A stretch of DNA of 64,000 nucleotides from Cyanophora paradoxa CCMP329 (taxonomy: Eukaryota; Plantae; Glaucophyta), in assembly GCA_004431415.1 (NCBI GenBank), contig QPMI01000168.1:124001-188000 (forward strand), in the 5' to 3' direction. The notes under the pieces were generated by a model. The model ran no database searches. It saw nothing but the letters and a program-made list of their open reading frames with translations, and had not been told where the DNA came from. Made by a program: the position numbers and the translations under genes. This document shows, one piece after another, positions 63,450-64,000 of the stretch. Numbering within the stretch: position 1 is the stretch's first letter; the number at the start of each line of letters is the position of its first letter.

Positions 63450-63868
63450 GGCAGCGACTCCGAGACTCGCAGCGGCTCGTCGGAGGCAGGCATCTCAAAA
63501 GCACGGCACTGCCGCAGCCACTTGTCGGAGTGCGACGCCGAATTCCGAGTTCTTACATATAGTATGCAGCTTTCAGTACTAGTGTTCCCATGCGGCGCCA
63601 GCCCTCTCGGCAACGTCTGTAAAGTATACGTATTCGTTGTCCAGCGGCGCAGGCAGCTGGGCGCTCGCATGTTGTACAGCTTCATGGATGCTTTGTCATT
63701 GCAATCGCGGTACCTTCGTGTGCGACTACTTGGCCCAGTGGCAAGGTTAGGCGCGCCCCAGCGGCATGCCGCAGTAGCGCCCGCAGTGCTCGGCTGCGTC
63801 GCGAGCGCACGGTATGACTATAAGATTTGTACACGGGATTCGGGAGATTCATGGAGGGAGAGGGGAAA

Positions 63869-64000
63869 TCAATACTGTGGGCAGCGAAGTCAGCGGAGCG
63901 CGGGGGCGCCGGCGGGGCAGACGTACGTTGTCAAAGGTCATGATGTTGGCGCCTCCTCCCATGCCGCCGCCCATGCCGCCGCCCATGGGGCCGCCCATGG
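63869..64000 (-). CDS. 3' end of a gene truncated by the window edge (Gly/Met-rich C-terminus)
   Basis: MGGPMGGGMGGGMGGGANIMTFDN, GT-AG intron, Y-stop. Confidence 0.45.

Overview
This is eukaryotic nuclear DNA, gene-dense (about 30 genes in 64 kb). Genes are split by many short introns (mostly 45-70 nt, donor often GTGCG), so the supplied ORF track is fragmentary; the gene models here were spliced by eye and protein families were recognised from memory, not by database search. Genes include SDS22, HIT4-like, WDR70, mS33, DRC12, V-ATPase F, TMEM128-like, CFAP52, RFC3, RPB11, PDE6D, CYB5D1, a PDI, AMPK-beta, NF-YB, COQ5, GIGYF-like, CDS, mTERF, ZNHIT2, TBL3, RPB7, NUF2, ZC3H15, PP2C and a reticulon. 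Motile-cilium genes, plant-type HIT4 and a cyanobacterial-type gene with an MQAAF presequence suggest an early-branching archaeplastid such as a glaucophyte (inference). Highlights: (1) two tandem intronic box C/D snoRNAs in ZC3H15 sharing a guide complementary to 18S rRNA; (2) two U12-type AT-AC introns and at least 7 GC-AG introns; (3) a dispersed repeat family (about 11 copies) lying downstream of stop codons in a biased orientation; (4) intergenic spacers containing decayed copies of nearby gene fragments; (5) a 3.4 kb tandem duplication that may be an assembly artefact; (6) ten head-to-head gene pairs.
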